Shown here: piece by piece, positions 24,711 to 34,048 of the stretch
How the letters are laid out: the number at the start of each line of letters is the position of its first letter
How positions within the stretch are numbered: the first letter of the stretch is position 1
IMG/VR virus record: IMGVR_UViG_3300045988_107955
Length of the DNA stretch: 48,678 nt
Reading direction: 5' to 3' (one strand)
Source: a virus
Position numbers and translations under genes: made by a program
The notes under the pieces: generated by a model
Told to the model about the DNA's origin: nothing
What the model saw: only the letters and a program-made list of their open reading frames with translations
Databases searched by the model: none

Positions 24711-25499
24711 ATGGTTAAGTTGAAAAAACTTAGTGAGATTAAACCACATAATCTTACTACCATTTATGGTATGCCTGGTAAAGGTAAGACCAAACTAATT
24801 TCTTCCATGCCAGGAAAAATTTTAGTTGCTGATGCTGATAATGGTTTAGCTACAATTATGAATGATGTAGCTGAATCAGGTCAGACAGTTGATGTAGCTA
24901 CAGTTGAGTCTTGGGAAGATTTTTTGGAAGTGTTGGATGAGGTAAAAAATTATGATAGCTTTGCTATCGACCATCTAACTAAAATCCAACAATTCTTGTA
25001 TGACTATCTTATTGAGAACGATAAGAAAGCTAAACGCATGACCTTGCAACTATATGGTTATGCAAAGGAAGAAATGATTTCAGTCATTGATAGATTGGTA
25101 CGTTTTGCAAATGCAGGAAAAAATATCTATGTTATCTGTCAAGAGAAACAAATTAATCTTGAAGATGAGGATGAAGACCTTCCTAAAATTATCACAGCAG
25201 ACCTACAAGGGTCTATCCGTGATAATTTGCTAGCTTCATGCTCTCTTGTAGCTAATGCCCGTACTTATCAGAAAAAAGAAAAAATTGATGGTAAGCCTAA
25301 AAAAGTTACTTATTATGGAATCCAACTTAGTGACTCTAATATCTACACTTTGAAGATTCGTACACCTGAAAAAAATTCTGTTCCTGATAAACTAATCAAT
25401 CCTACTTGGAGTGATATTAATAAAGTCTTAGGAGTGACTGAAAACTCATCTGCTCAGACAGTTAAAGCAAAAAAATCTAAAAAATCTAAAGGAGAATAA
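24711..25499 (+). CDS. RecA-fold ATPase, Sak4/AAA_24-like recombination protein
   Basis: Walker A YGMPGKGKTKL and Walker B-like SFAIDHL. It is followed by an SSB-like gene with an acidic tail, as in Sak4 modules. Confidence 0.65.
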   Translation: MVKLKKLSEIKPHNLTTIYGMPGKGKTKLISSMPGKILVADADNGLATIMNDVAESGQTVDVATVESWEDFLEVLDEVKNYDSFAIDHLTKIQQFLYDYLIENDKKAKRMTLQLYGYAKEEMISVIDRLVRFANAGKNIYVICQEKQINLEDEDEDLPKIITADLQGSIRDNLLASCSLVANARTYQKKEKIDGKPKKVTYYGIQLSDSNIYTLKIRTPEKNSVPDKLINPTWSDINKVLGVTENSSAQTVKAKKSKKSKGE

Positions 25500-25501
25500 C
25501 A

Positions 25502-25918
25502 ATGAAAATCAAATTTGAAAATGCTGAAGGTATCAAGGATGGTATCCATGAAGTAAAAATTACTAAAATCAAACGTGTAAAACTAGGTAAAGACAAGAAA
25601 CCTGCTACACAAGTAACATTTGTAGGTAAGTCATTGACTATGTCAAGTAATTTCTTTGACAACTACATCTCAGGTCAATTGTTCCAAAGTATGGTGCGTG
25701 CTGTAGGTTTTGAAGACTTTGATGTTACTGTAGATGAAATTGATTCTGAAGACCTCATTGGAGAATCATTGAATGTTGAAGTAGCACCACAAGAGGGTAA
25801 TCCTAAATTTAAAGAAATTAAAGACTATCTTCCTATTGGTGATGAAGACGACCTTGAAGATGATGACGAGGAAGAAGACGAGGACGAAGAAGAGGAAGAA
25901 GAGGATGATGAAGAGTAA
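25502..25918 (+). CDS. SSB-like protein with poly-acidic C-terminal tail (DUF669-like)
   Basis: 138 aa ending in DDLEDDDEEEDEDEEEEEEDDEE. It sits directly after the Sak4-like ATPase. Confidence 0.5.
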   Translation: MKIKFENAEGIKDGIHEVKITKIKRVKLGKDKKPATQVTFVGKSLTMSSNFFDNYISGQLFQSMVRAVGFEDFDVTVDEIDSEDLIGESLNVEVAPQEGNPKFKEIKDYLPIGDEDDLEDDDEEEDEDEEEEEEDDEE

Positions 25919-25928
25919 AGAGGAAAAA

Positions 25929-26135
25929 ATGCAAGCTATTGCTTACAACATCTCTAAGCTCTTATATGTTCAAGGATGGACTCAGTTAAAGCTTGCTAAA
26001 GCTTTGGGAGTCAGTCACACTACCATTCAAAACTACATCAATCAGAAAAAACTTGCTTCTGATGCTTCAATCAAAAAACTTGCTGAAATTGCAGGAGTTA
26101 CTGAAGAAGAATTTCTCATTGAAGGGAGTTTCTAA
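25929..26135 (+). CDS. XRE-family HTH protein (68 aa)
   Basis: The HTH reads WTQLKLAKALGVSHTTIQNYINQ. The start is at ATG 25929 with an AGAGGA RBS; the track's extension is an out-of-context overlap with the acidic tail of the previous gene. Confidence 0.7.
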   Translation: MQAIAYNISKLLYVQGWTQLKLAKALGVSHTTIQNYINQKKLASDASIKKLAEIAGVTEEEFLIEGSF

Positions 26136-26708
26136 ATGCAAGCTAAAGATTTAAAAGTAGGTGACATCTTCCGTGTAGATGAACCAGGTTATGCAAATGA
26201 ACCTTTGGAATGTGTAGACATTCAAGAATATCATGTAGTTTATCAACCACTTAATACTTCTAAATTATTTAACATGTCTAAAGGTAATAAAGTAGTTATT
26301 CTTGAAAAAGATGAAGAAAAAAATTCTGATTCTGAAGTACATAACCCACAACGCTATAATGCTAACAATGTAGAGTGTTGGGATTTTATTGCTAAGTATG
26401 AGCTTGATTACTTTATAGCTACAGCCATTAAATATGTGTGGCGACATAAATATAAGGGTGGTAAGCAAGACCTAGAGAAAGCTTTAGAGTTCTTGTGTAA
26501 ACGTATTAGCTTAAATAAAAATTATGAAAGACCAAGTGATTTTACTTATACAGTGCCACAAGTAATTGACTATCAAGACATGGATATTACACAAATGGTA
26601 ATTCTATATTATGCTAGTAGATTACATGTAGTGTCACCAGACGCTCAGAAACGGCTTGTAATCAAGGTAAAAAGTCTAGTGGAGGATTATATCAATGAGT
26701 TCTATTAA
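26136..26708 (+). CDS. DUF3310-like protein with N-terminal extension
   Basis: ECWDFI...AIKYVWRHKYKGGKQDLEKALEFL matches the DUF3310 signature as I remember it. Confidence 0.55.
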   Translation: MQAKDLKVGDIFRVDEPGYANEPLECVDIQEYHVVYQPLNTSKLFNMSKGNKVVILEKDEEKNSDSEVHNPQRYNANNVECWDFIAKYELDYFIATAIKYVWRHKYKGGKQDLEKALEFLCKRISLNKNYERPSDFTYTVPQVIDYQDMDITQMVILYYASRLHVVSPDAQKRLVIKVKSLVEDYINEFY

Positions 26709-27411
26709 ATGGCATACAGAGGACGAGAGACTGATTCCTGAACGTGCTACAAAAAATTCTGTTGGTTATGATTTTAAAGCACCTAATACTGTTACTATTG
26801 CACCAAAGGAAACAATTATTATTGATACACTTGTAGCTTGTGATTTCTCTAATGATTTATGGTTAGGGATTTATGGTCGCTCTAGCTTTGCTCAAAAAAG
26901 ACTTATCAATCCATTAGGTGTAGGTGTAATTGACCCTGATTACTTTGCTACAGGTAATACTATTAAAATTGCTTTATTTAATATTGGTTATGAAGAAATT
27001 ACCATTAAAAAAGGTGAAGCTATTGCTCAAGGTATCTTTCACAGTGTAAATATTGGTGATGATATTGTAACTACAGAACGCATTGGTGGCTTTGGTTCTA
27101 CTGATGTTATTGATGAGTACCCACTTACTGTAGAAATTTATGGTAAGAAGTATAAAGCTAAGTATGCAAAGAGTTTACCTCATTCTTTATTTGGTATATT
27201 GGTTTATGGTAATGTTGGTGACATTATCTTTATCAGTAAAGATGAGGATGGAAGACTACATGATGCTTGGAGTTTCTTTAGAGTAAATAAAAATGTTATC
27301 TTAAATAATCATTGTTGGTTTTTTGAGCATGACTTAGGTTTGATTATTGATGCTACTAAAGAAGAAGCTTCAAATGACTTTATTGAAAGCTTGTTAGTTA
27401 AGGAAGGATAG
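26695..27411 (+). CDS. dut: Trimeric-type dUTPase with a C-terminal extension of about 100 aa
   Basis: Motifs SVGYDF, GRSS, GVIDPDY and the terminal RIGGFGST are present. They are followed by an extra domain, DEYPLTVEIYGKKYK...LLVKEG. Confidence 0.8.
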   Translation: MSSIKWHTEDERLIPERATKNSVGYDFKAPNTVTIAPKETIIIDTLVACDFSNDLWLGIYGRSSFAQKRLINPLGVGVIDPDYFATGNTIKIALFNIGYEEITIKKGEAIAQGIFHSVNIGDDIVTTERIGGFGSTDVIDEYPLTVEIYGKKYKAKYAKSLPHSLFGILVYGNVGDIIFISKDEDGRLHDAWSFFRVNKNVILNNHCWFFEHDLGLIIDATKEEASNDFIESLLVKEG

Positions 27412-27421
27412 AGGTGTTAGG

Positions 27422-30400
27422 ATGCCATTAGATAAAAAATTTAAGGATGTACTATCTCTAAACTTTAGTAAGGAAGATGAAATCCATGTAGGTCTCTTGG
27501 CATCAAGTGGGCAGTTTAACAATGGTACTATCACTCTAGATGAAATTGATGAGTTTATCACAGAATACAAGGATGATTACAATGTATTCATGTGCTATGC
27601 TCCTATTGAAGGAAATGATAGACTACTAGAAAATGCTAAACCTACTAGATTCCTTGTAGCTGATATTGATGGTGCTGAAATTCCTGAAGAGTTTCAACCT
27701 AGCTACTATTGGGAAACAAGCCCTAATAAGTACCAAGGTCTTTGGATAAGTGATAAAGTTATTGCACCTAAAGACTATGAGGTGTTAGCTCATGCTATGG
27801 TTAAAAAATTTAAGTTTGATTCTGCTAGTGACATTGTTCACTTGTATAGGATTCCAACTACAGTTAACCATAAGTATGCTACACCACAAGAGGTATCAGA
27901 GCCTAAAGGTGATGGTGTTGTTTACCGTAGACAAGATATTTTTGAAATTCTTGAATATGATAAATACAAAAAAGGTACTAAAAAGAAGAAGGTCAAGAGT
28001 AAAAGAATACCTAATAAAGACTATGACCTGGAAGAGCTTTATAAAAAATATGAAGTAAAACCTCTTATAGAAAGAGAAATTACTGACCGTAGTGCTTATG
28101 TATACGCTATTGCTAAAGCTCTATATGAGCAAGGTGCTAAGTCTTCTGAAGTTAAGTTTGTAGTTATGTCTACAGACCAAGACAAGTGGGATAGAGATGA
28201 AATTGATAAGGTTCTCTTAAGAATTAAGTCAAAGACTAAACGTAGAAAGAAAGTTAGTAGTTCAGTTAATATTTCTGAAGACGAAGTACATATCATTGGT
28301 ATTAATGATGTTAAAGAAGGTGAGCATGGTGAAGAATGGCTCATTGAAGGTCTTTGGGAGTATGACTCAGTAGGGTTAATTGTAGCACCTCCTAAGAGCT
28401 ACAAGTCTACTCTAATTACTAACATGGCTGTAGCTGTAGCTAGTGGTAAACCATTTGATGGTCGTAAGGTTATTCAAGGTGGTGTACTTATCTTGCAAGG
28501 TGAAAATAGTTTAGTTGCAGAAAAATCAAGATTGATGAACATTGCAGGAACTACAGACTTGCCTATCTACTATGTTCAGTCAAGTATTAATCTTGATAAT
28601 ATTGAAGTTCTTAAACGTACTATCATTGAAAACAGTATCAAGATGCTTGTTATTGACCCTCTATACCTATTGTTTGGTAGTGGTAATATGAACTATCAAG
28701 TGGATGTTACACCTAAACTAAGGACTCTTACAGAGCTTAGAAAAGAGACTGGATGTAGCATTATTCTTGTACATCACACAAGAAAAACAGATGGTTCTTC
28801 AGACTTATCTACAAGTGATATTAATGGTTCAGGATTCTTTGAAGGATGGTATGAGTCATTAATTATGCTTCAACCCCCTAGACGTACTGTGGTAAGGAAG
28901 GTTAAGATGTTTAATCGTTTTCGTAACCACATGGGGTCTGAAGGAACTATCAGAATTGATGATAACCTTAAAATGACATTGAACCTTGATGATGATTTTG
29001 GTGGGGAATATTCAGAGGATAAACCTGATAAACCTATCAATACTCGTAAGGAGAGATTGAAAAAGAAAAAGGCTAAGAAGTCTAAAAAGAAAAAAGAGAC
29101 TGTAGCTGAAGAAGAAGTTAAGAAAGAAGAAACTAAGGTAAAAAAGTCAAAGGCTCTCAGAAGCTCTAAGAAGCGTTTTAAGCGTGTTAAACAATCTACC
29201 TATACAACAACCCTAGAAACGTTTTACAAGCCATCAGAAGGCAAATTAGAGCGTTTTGAGAGTGGTACAATGATTGACCTTAGTAAGACTAAGAAAATTT
29301 ATGTTGATATTGAAACTACAGGACTTAATAATATCACTGATGAAATTAAGTCAATCCAAATTACAGATGAGAGTGAAAACACTTATGTACTTTGGGTTGA
29401 TGGTAACTACAGTGAGCTTAAAGATATTGCTAAGTTCCTGAATCAGTTTAAATTAATTACTCATGGTGGTAAGTTTGATAGCCTATTCTTCTTCAAGAAA
29501 TGTGGTATAGCTCTTAAATTGTTTGGGGATACTCAGATTCTTGCTCACATGCTTACAGAACCTAGTCTTAAACTTAAAGACCTTGTTAAGAAGTATCTAG
29601 GTATTACTTATGATATTGACAAAGAAATTAAGAAGTCTAACAAGAAAGTAACTGTAGCTAGTGTTAAAAAAGAACTTAAAGAGTGGGCTTTAGAAAATAC
29701 TGAGCTTAAAAAACTTACACCTTATAACAAAATGATTGAAGCTCTATATAATGACTTGGAAGGTAGTTTATTCTTAGATAAACCACAGATGCTTATTAAG
29801 TTTGTAGATGACGGTACTGATTATGATAAGGTACTTGATTACTACTCTAAGGTGTCTGAGCGTGTCTTGGAAGAAAGAAGAATGACTCTTATTAAATATG
29901 GTATGGGTGATACTGTATATGGATTCAGACTTTATAATTACCTATATCCTAAAGTCAAAGCTTATAAACTACTTAAAGTCTATAGACATGAAGTAAGAGC
30001 TTATAATGCCTATATAGAGGTTGAAAAAGAAGGGGTTACAATAGACTTTGGTTTATTGGGAGAGACCAGAGCTACAATAGAGACTGAGCTTAAAGAAGTT
30101 GAAAAAGAACTTTACTCTTTTGATATTGTTAAAGAAGCTGAAGTAGACAACTTTAACTCAGCTCAACAAAAGGTAAGACTATTCTGTGAGGTGTTAGGTT
30201 GGGAGACTAAACACATGACTAATGGTGGACAACCACAAGTCAATCAATCCCAGTTAGAGGAATGGTCAAAAGAAGGTAAACATGAAATACTAGATGTTTT
30301 GCTTAGATATAATAAGCTTGTTAAACAGCTACAGTTTGTAGATAAGTGGGAAGAATTATCACAATATGATGGTAAGCTACATCCAAGCTTTAACATTACT

Positions 30401-31231
30401 GCTGATACTGGAAGGACTACTTGTAAGAATCCTAACATCCAACAAGTGCCTCAGGAGTCAACACTTAGGAATGTAATTACATGTCCTAAAGGTAGAAAAT
30501 TCATTGAAGTGGATATGTCACAAGCTGAATTACGTGTAGCTAGTATCTTTTCTGAAGATGAAAACATGATACATGCTTATCAATCAGGTAGTGACTTGCA
30601 CCAAAAAACAATGGAATTAATTAAAGGTGGTAAGAAACCTAAAGATGCACAGGAAGCTAAGAGATGGCGTACTGAAGCCAAATCAGCGAACTTTGGTCTC
30701 TTATATGGTATGTCAGCTAAGACTTACCAGGAGTATGCTAAAGGCTATGGAATGAATATTACTTTAGAAGAAGCTGAAGACATCCGTGATGATTTCTTTA
30801 ATTCATATCCAAAGCTACTAGACATGCATAAGAAGTTTGTAGAATATGCTAAGAAGTATGGATATACTTATAGCCCTATTGGTCGTAAGAGATTCTTACC
30901 TAACCTTAAAAGCAAGAATTGGAAAGATGTTAGTGAAGCTGAAAGACAAGCTATTAACACACCTGTCCAAGGTTTTGCAAGTGATTTAGTTATTAGTGCT
31001 TTAGCAGATATTCTTGAAGATGAATCACTAGACAAGTCTAAGTATAAGATTATTGGTTCAGTACATGATGCCATTCTAGTTGAAGCAGATGAAGATGTTG
31101 CTGAAGAATATGCTAAGAAAGTAAAAGAACACATGGAGAATCCTAGTATTCTTGAAATATGTGATATTGAAATTACAGTACCTCTTGTAGCTGATATTGA
31201 AATTGGCTCAGCTTGGGGTAAACATGATTAA
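27422..31231 (+). CDS. Fusion protein: RepB'-like primase + RepA/AAA_25-like helicase + Lys-rich linker + 3'-5' exonuclease + family A DNA polymerase
   Basis: Primase: LVADIDG and ETSPNKYQGLW. Helicase: PPKSYKST, LVIDPLY, ILVHHTRK. Exonuclease: VDIETTGL, GKFD, YGMGD. Polymerase: motif A VDMSQAELRV, motif B RTEAKSANFGLLYG, motif C SVHDAILVE. Confidence 0.85.
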   Translation: MPLDKKFKDVLSLNFSKEDEIHVGLLASSGQFNNGTITLDEIDEFITEYKDDYNVFMCYAPIEGNDRLLENAKPTRFLVADIDGAEIPEEFQPSYYWETSPNKYQGLWISDKVIAPKDYEVLAHAMVKKFKFDSASDIVHLYRIPTTVNHKYATPQEVSEPKGDGVVYRRQDIFEILEYDKYKKGTKKKKVKSKRIPNKDYDLEELYKKYEVKPLIEREITDRSAYVYAIAKALYEQGAKSSEVKFVVMSTDQDKWDRDEIDKVLLRIKSKTKRRKKVSSSVNISEDEVHIIGINDVKEGEHGEEWLIEGLWEYDSVGLIVAPPKSYKSTLITNMAVAVASGKPFDGRKVIQGGVLILQGENSLVAEKSRLMNIAGTTDLPIYYVQSSINLDNIEVLKRTIIENSIKMLVIDPLYLLFGSGNMNYQVDVTPKLRTLTELRKETGCSIILVHHTRKTDGSSDLSTSDINGSGFFEGWYESLIMLQPPRRTVVRKVKMFNRFRNHMGSEGTIRIDDNLKMTLNLDDDFGGEYSEDKPDKPINTRKERLKKKKAKKSKKKKETVAEEEVKKEETKVKKSKALRSSKKRFKRVKQSTYTTTLETFYKPSEGKLERFESGTMIDLSKTKKIYVDIETTGLNNITDEIKSIQITDESENTYVLWVDGNYSELKDIAKFLNQFKLITHGGKFDSLFFFKKCGIALKLFGDTQILAHMLTEPSLKLKDLVKKYLGITYDIDKEIKKSNKKVTVASVKKELKEWALENTELKKLTPYNKMIEALYNDLEGSLFLDKPQMLIKFVDDGTDYDKVLDYYSKVSERVLEERRMTLIKYGMGDTVYGFRLYNYLYPKVKAYKLLKVYRHEVRAYNAYIEVEKEGVTIDFGLLGETRATIETELKEVEKELYSFDIVKEAEVDNFNSAQQKVRLFCEVLGWETKHMTNGGQPQVNQSQLEEWSKEGKHEILDVLLRYNKLVKQLQFVDKWEELSQYDGKLHPSFNITADTGRTTCKNPNIQQVPQESTLRNVITCPKGRKFIEVDMSQAELRVASIFSEDENMIHAYQSGSDLHQKTMELIKGGKKPKDAQEAKRWRTEAKSANFGLLYGMSAKTYQEYAKGYGMNITLEEAEDIRDDFFNSYPKLLDMHKKFVEYAKKYGYTYSPIGRKRFLPNLKSKNWKDVSEAERQAINTPVQGFASDLVISALADILEDESLDKSKYKIIGSVHDAILVEADEDVAEEYAKKVKEHMENPSILEICDIEITVPLVADIEIGSAWGKHD

Positions 31232-31253
31232 TTAACAGAAAAGGAATTATAAA

Positions 31254-31760
31254 ATGAACTATCTTTACACTATCAACCTATACAAAAATGATAAGAAAAT
31301 TCACAGTGAACAATTAATTTCACTTGGTAACTACAAGAGTCTTAATAGACTACTTGTAGGTGAAGATGAAATCCATCCTGAAGAATATGTTGTTGTCAAT
31401 GGTAAGATGCTTATTGCAGTTATTGATAATATCCTTATGGAAAAATACATTGAGGATGAACCACAAACAATTACTGTTAAGAATAGTGATGGTAATGAAG
31501 TTGTTAAAATCCATCACCCACTTACTAACCTATCAGCTTTATTCATGAGTTTTGTAAATGAAGCAGTAGTTGAAGATGAACAAGAAGATGGTGGTATTCT
31601 TGTTTTATCTACAGCTGTTCATAAGCTATTTAAGTCTCATGACTTGTTTGCAAATGTAATTTTGTCAGACTTGTTTGCAACTACAGATTGTGTAGATAGT
31701 ATTACAGGTGATGTTGCTAAAGGATTCAAGCTAACAGTTAAGGTGGAAGAAGATGAGTAA
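31254..31760 (+). CDS. Hypothetical protein (168 aa)
   Basis: ORF with an RBS in the replication module. No motif recognised. Confidence 0.55.
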   Translation: MNYLYTINLYKNDKKIHSEQLISLGNYKSLNRLLVGEDEIHPEEYVVVNGKMLIAVIDNILMEKYIEDEPQTITVKNSDGNEVVKIHHPLTNLSALFMSFVNEAVVEDEQEDGGILVLSTAVHKLFKSHDLFANVILSDLFATTDCVDSITGDVAKGFKLTVKVEEDE

Positions 31761-32436
31761 GATTAAGTATAATGATTATGTTGAATTTGCAAACGCATTA
31801 GAGAATGTGTTTACACAAGTAACAGGAGACCATACAAGCCCTATAGTTAGTTATATCTATGATGCTGTAGAATTAATCAAGAAAGCTACACCAGGCTTCT
31901 TAGAAGGTTACTGTGCTGTCAGTGTCCATGATGCTTATGAAGGAGGTTTACCTGCTCATACAGTTAAGGTATTCTCTCAACTATGTAGCTTTATGTTTGG
32001 TGGGGATAGTACTAGTGTATTCTACAATAACATCAGAAATGGTGTTGACATGCCTGCTCTCATCATTGGTTGTATCATCCATGACTTTGGTAAGTCATTT
32101 GAGTATCTAAATGGTCAACGACATGAGAACTCATTTGTACCTCATACATTGTTTGGTATCCATCTACTTACTAAACTAGAAGCTGACATTCTATCTAAGT
32201 ATTCAATGGGTACTTATCTAAGATTGATGGCTATTATTGGTCAACATCATGGAGACTTTGGTGAGAAACCACAGTGTATTGAATCTTATCTAATTCACTT
32301 AGCTGACTACCAAGAAACTAAGCTACAGATTCTTGAAGAAGCTATTGATAGTGCTAAAGATTATGGTGATGATGTAGTTACATCTAAGTATCTACCATAT
32401 AAACTTAATTGTGGAGGTGGTAATATTGACTTTTAG
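31753..32436 (+). CDS. HD-domain phosphohydrolase
   Basis: Motifs IIHDFGK (the H-D pair), GQHHGDFG and HLADY. Confidence 0.7.
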   Translation: MSKIKYNDYVEFANALENVFTQVTGDHTSPIVSYIYDAVELIKKATPGFLEGYCAVSVHDAYEGGLPAHTVKVFSQLCSFMFGGDSTSVFYNNIRNGVDMPALIIGCIIHDFGKSFEYLNGQRHENSFVPHTLFGIHLLTKLEADILSKYSMGTYLRLMAIIGQHHGDFGEKPQCIESYLIHLADYQETKLQILEEAIDSAKDYGDDVVTSKYLPYKLNCGGGNIDF

Positions 32437-32722
32437 TCTTGGTCAATTAGTCTTGGTTAATAATAAACCAGGAGTAATTACTAACATTGGTAAAGGAGCT
32501 TATGCTGTTAATGTCAATGGAACTAATGAATGGTTCAATGAAGAAGATATTATCAGTATGTATCCTAAAGATAGTGTTCAATTCTATCAGGGTAACTTGT
32601 TAGATGTTGAATTTAAAATCAATCAGTACCTAGTTAAAAACAATAACAAATCTATTAAACAAATTACTGCTACTGGAAGTGGTAATGATAGATTAGTTGT
32701 GGTGGTGTATACCAATTCTTAA
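32426..32722 (+). CDS. Hypothetical protein (98 aa, TTG start)
   Basis: GGAGGTGG lies 6 nt upstream of TTG 32426. The track's GTG start at 32411 would sit inside the RBS. Confidence 0.45.
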   Translation: MTFSLGQLVLVNNKPGVITNIGKGAYAVNVNGTNEWFNEEDIISMYPKDSVQFYQGNLLDVEFKINQYLVKNNNKSIKQITATGSGNDRLVVVVYTNS

Positions 32723-33080
32723 GCATAGTGGAAGACCTAAAGGCTCTAAGGATAAACTACCTAGAGTCCGTGGTATAAGCAAGGTAGACAAATCTCCTGA
32801 AGCATATAAGGCTATGAAGAAATACATAGACCTAGAAAAGGAATACAACAAAATAAAAATGCTTAAGAAGGAGTATAGGAATGGTTCTTCTCAGCAAAGA
32901 TTCTATACAAAGAGGTTAAGACATATAAGGCAAAGACAAGCTGACTTGTATGAAATCATAGCTATGAACCATCTTGCTTATAAACTAGCTGATAAGCTTG
33001 GTATTGGTATTACACAGCCTTACAGAAGGTATATAAGAGCTAAAGGAGAGGGTACTAAATGGAAGCACAAGAACAAGTAA
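32697..33080 (+). CDS. Highly basic protein with AT-hook-like motif (127 aa); start uncertain
   Basis: SGRPKGSKDK resembles an AT-hook core and the protein is rich in Lys and Arg throughout. It has a TTG start and overlaps both neighbours. Confidence 0.4.
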   Translation: MWWCIPILKHSGRPKGSKDKLPRVRGISKVDKSPEAYKAMKKYIDLEKEYNKIKMLKKEYRNGSSQQRFYTKRLRHIRQRQADLYEIIAMNHLAYKLADKLGIGITQPYRRYIRAKGEGTKWKHKNK

Positions 33081-33544
33081 TATTGGCTCTTGATGTGTCA
33101 ACTACATGCACTGGTTATGCTCTCTATGTAGGTAATAAGCTTACTAAGTATGGTCATGTTAAGCCTACTGGTAAGGATTGGTTAGTCAGAGTAAGAAAGA
33201 TGGCTGATAAAGTAACTGAACTAGATAAAGAGTATAGTATTGATACTGTAGTTATTGAAGATACTTTCTTCTTAAAGAACATTAAGACAGTCAAGAAACT
33301 GTGTCTAGCACAAGGTATACTACTTGGACAGTTACCTGAAGCTAAACTTATTCAAGTATTCCCTAATACATGGAAGAAACATTTTGGTCTAGGTAAAGGG
33401 AAAGCTACACGAAGTGAACAAAAGCAAACATCAATTTCTGTAGCTGAGACTATGTTCTTAATTGGACATGGTATTAATGATGATGAAGCTGATGCTATCC
33501 TTATGGGTAGATATGTATTGGAAACAATGGAAGGGGGTGAATAA
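33059..33544 (+). CDS. RuvC-like Holliday junction resolvase
   Basis: Motifs ILALDVSTTCTGYAL, VVIEDTFF and DDEADAILMG supply the catalytic acidic residues of the RuvC fold. The RBS is AGGAGAGGG. Confidence 0.75.
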   Translation: MEAQEQVILALDVSTTCTGYALYVGNKLTKYGHVKPTGKDWLVRVRKMADKVTELDKEYSIDTVVIEDTFFLKNIKTVKKLCLAQGILLGQLPEAKLIQVFPNTWKKHFGLGKGKATRSEQKQTSISVAETMFLIGHGINDDEADAILMGRYVLETMEGGE

Positions 33545-33690
33545 TGGATTTAAAGGACTTATTTTACTTTATTAGTGCTGTCATTGGTATTCTATGGATT
33601 GCCATTGTTACACTATCTTATGTGCTTGGTAGAATTGCCAAAGCTACAGAAAAGAGACTTGAACGTATCAAGTCACTAGAAGAAAACTAG
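33544..33690 (+). CDS. Small membrane protein (48 aa), last gene of the early operon
   Basis: TAATG overlap with the upstream gene. One TM helix (FYFISAVIGILWIAIVTLSYVL) and a charged tail. Confidence 0.45.
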   Translation: MDLKDLFYFISAVIGILWIAIVTLSYVLGRIAKATEKRLERIKSLEEN

Positions 33691-33823
33691 AATAAATTAC
33701 ACTATAGTTTATTTAGTGCTTGGACAACCCTAATAAACTAACTAAAATACAATGTAAAACTTAACGCAAAATATTTAACAACAAACTCTTTTCAAACTCT
33801 AGAAAATACTAGAAGATTTCACT

Positions 33824-33856
33824 GGCTATAGATTTATTTCTATAGCCTTTTATTAT
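33824..33856 (+). terminator. Intrinsic terminator ending the rightward operon
   Basis: GGCTATAGA-tttatt-TCTATAGCC (9-bp stem) followed by TTTTATTAT. Confidence 0.8.
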
Positions 33857-33913
33857 ACCCTAATTTGCTCTGTAATCAATTCTAGTAGCTTCCTAGGGTA
33901 AATATACTAGGGT

Positions 33914-33947
33914 ATAATAAAAAGCCCTTAGAACGTCTTCTAAGAGC
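33914..33947 (-). terminator. Intrinsic terminator ending the leftward late/lysis operon
   Basis: On the minus strand: GCTCTTAGAA-gacg-TTCTAAGGGC followed by TTTTTATTAT. The single non-Watson-Crick pair is U-G on the minus strand only. Confidence 0.75.
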
Positions 33948-34048
33948 CTTATATAGCCACTAAGTCATTGTAACCCAGTTGACCTAGTTGGGGAGGTGAT
34001 TTACTCCTTTAAATTTTATAGTGGTGTGGCTATAAGCCTATTATACCA

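Noticed and set aside
22068-26135. N-terminally extended versions of track ORFs (22068, 22957, 25836; also 10712, 11505, 21554 and 32411 elsewhere).
   Set aside because: The extensions start at non-ATG codons or overlap the preceding gene in another frame. Internal starts with canonical AGGAG-type RBS at 5-10 nt give products that begin at recognisable domain boundaries.
33690-34048. A possible ncRNA or mobile-element scar in the convergent gap, suggested by the inverted repeat TTATTATACCCTA / TAGGGTATAATAA (about 33849-33861 and 33909-33921) and the repeated GGCTATAG motifs.
   Set aside because: The gap is adequately explained by two face-to-face intrinsic terminators, one per operon, plus AT-rich spacer. 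The inverted repeat overlaps their U-runs. There is no evidence for a separate transcription unit.
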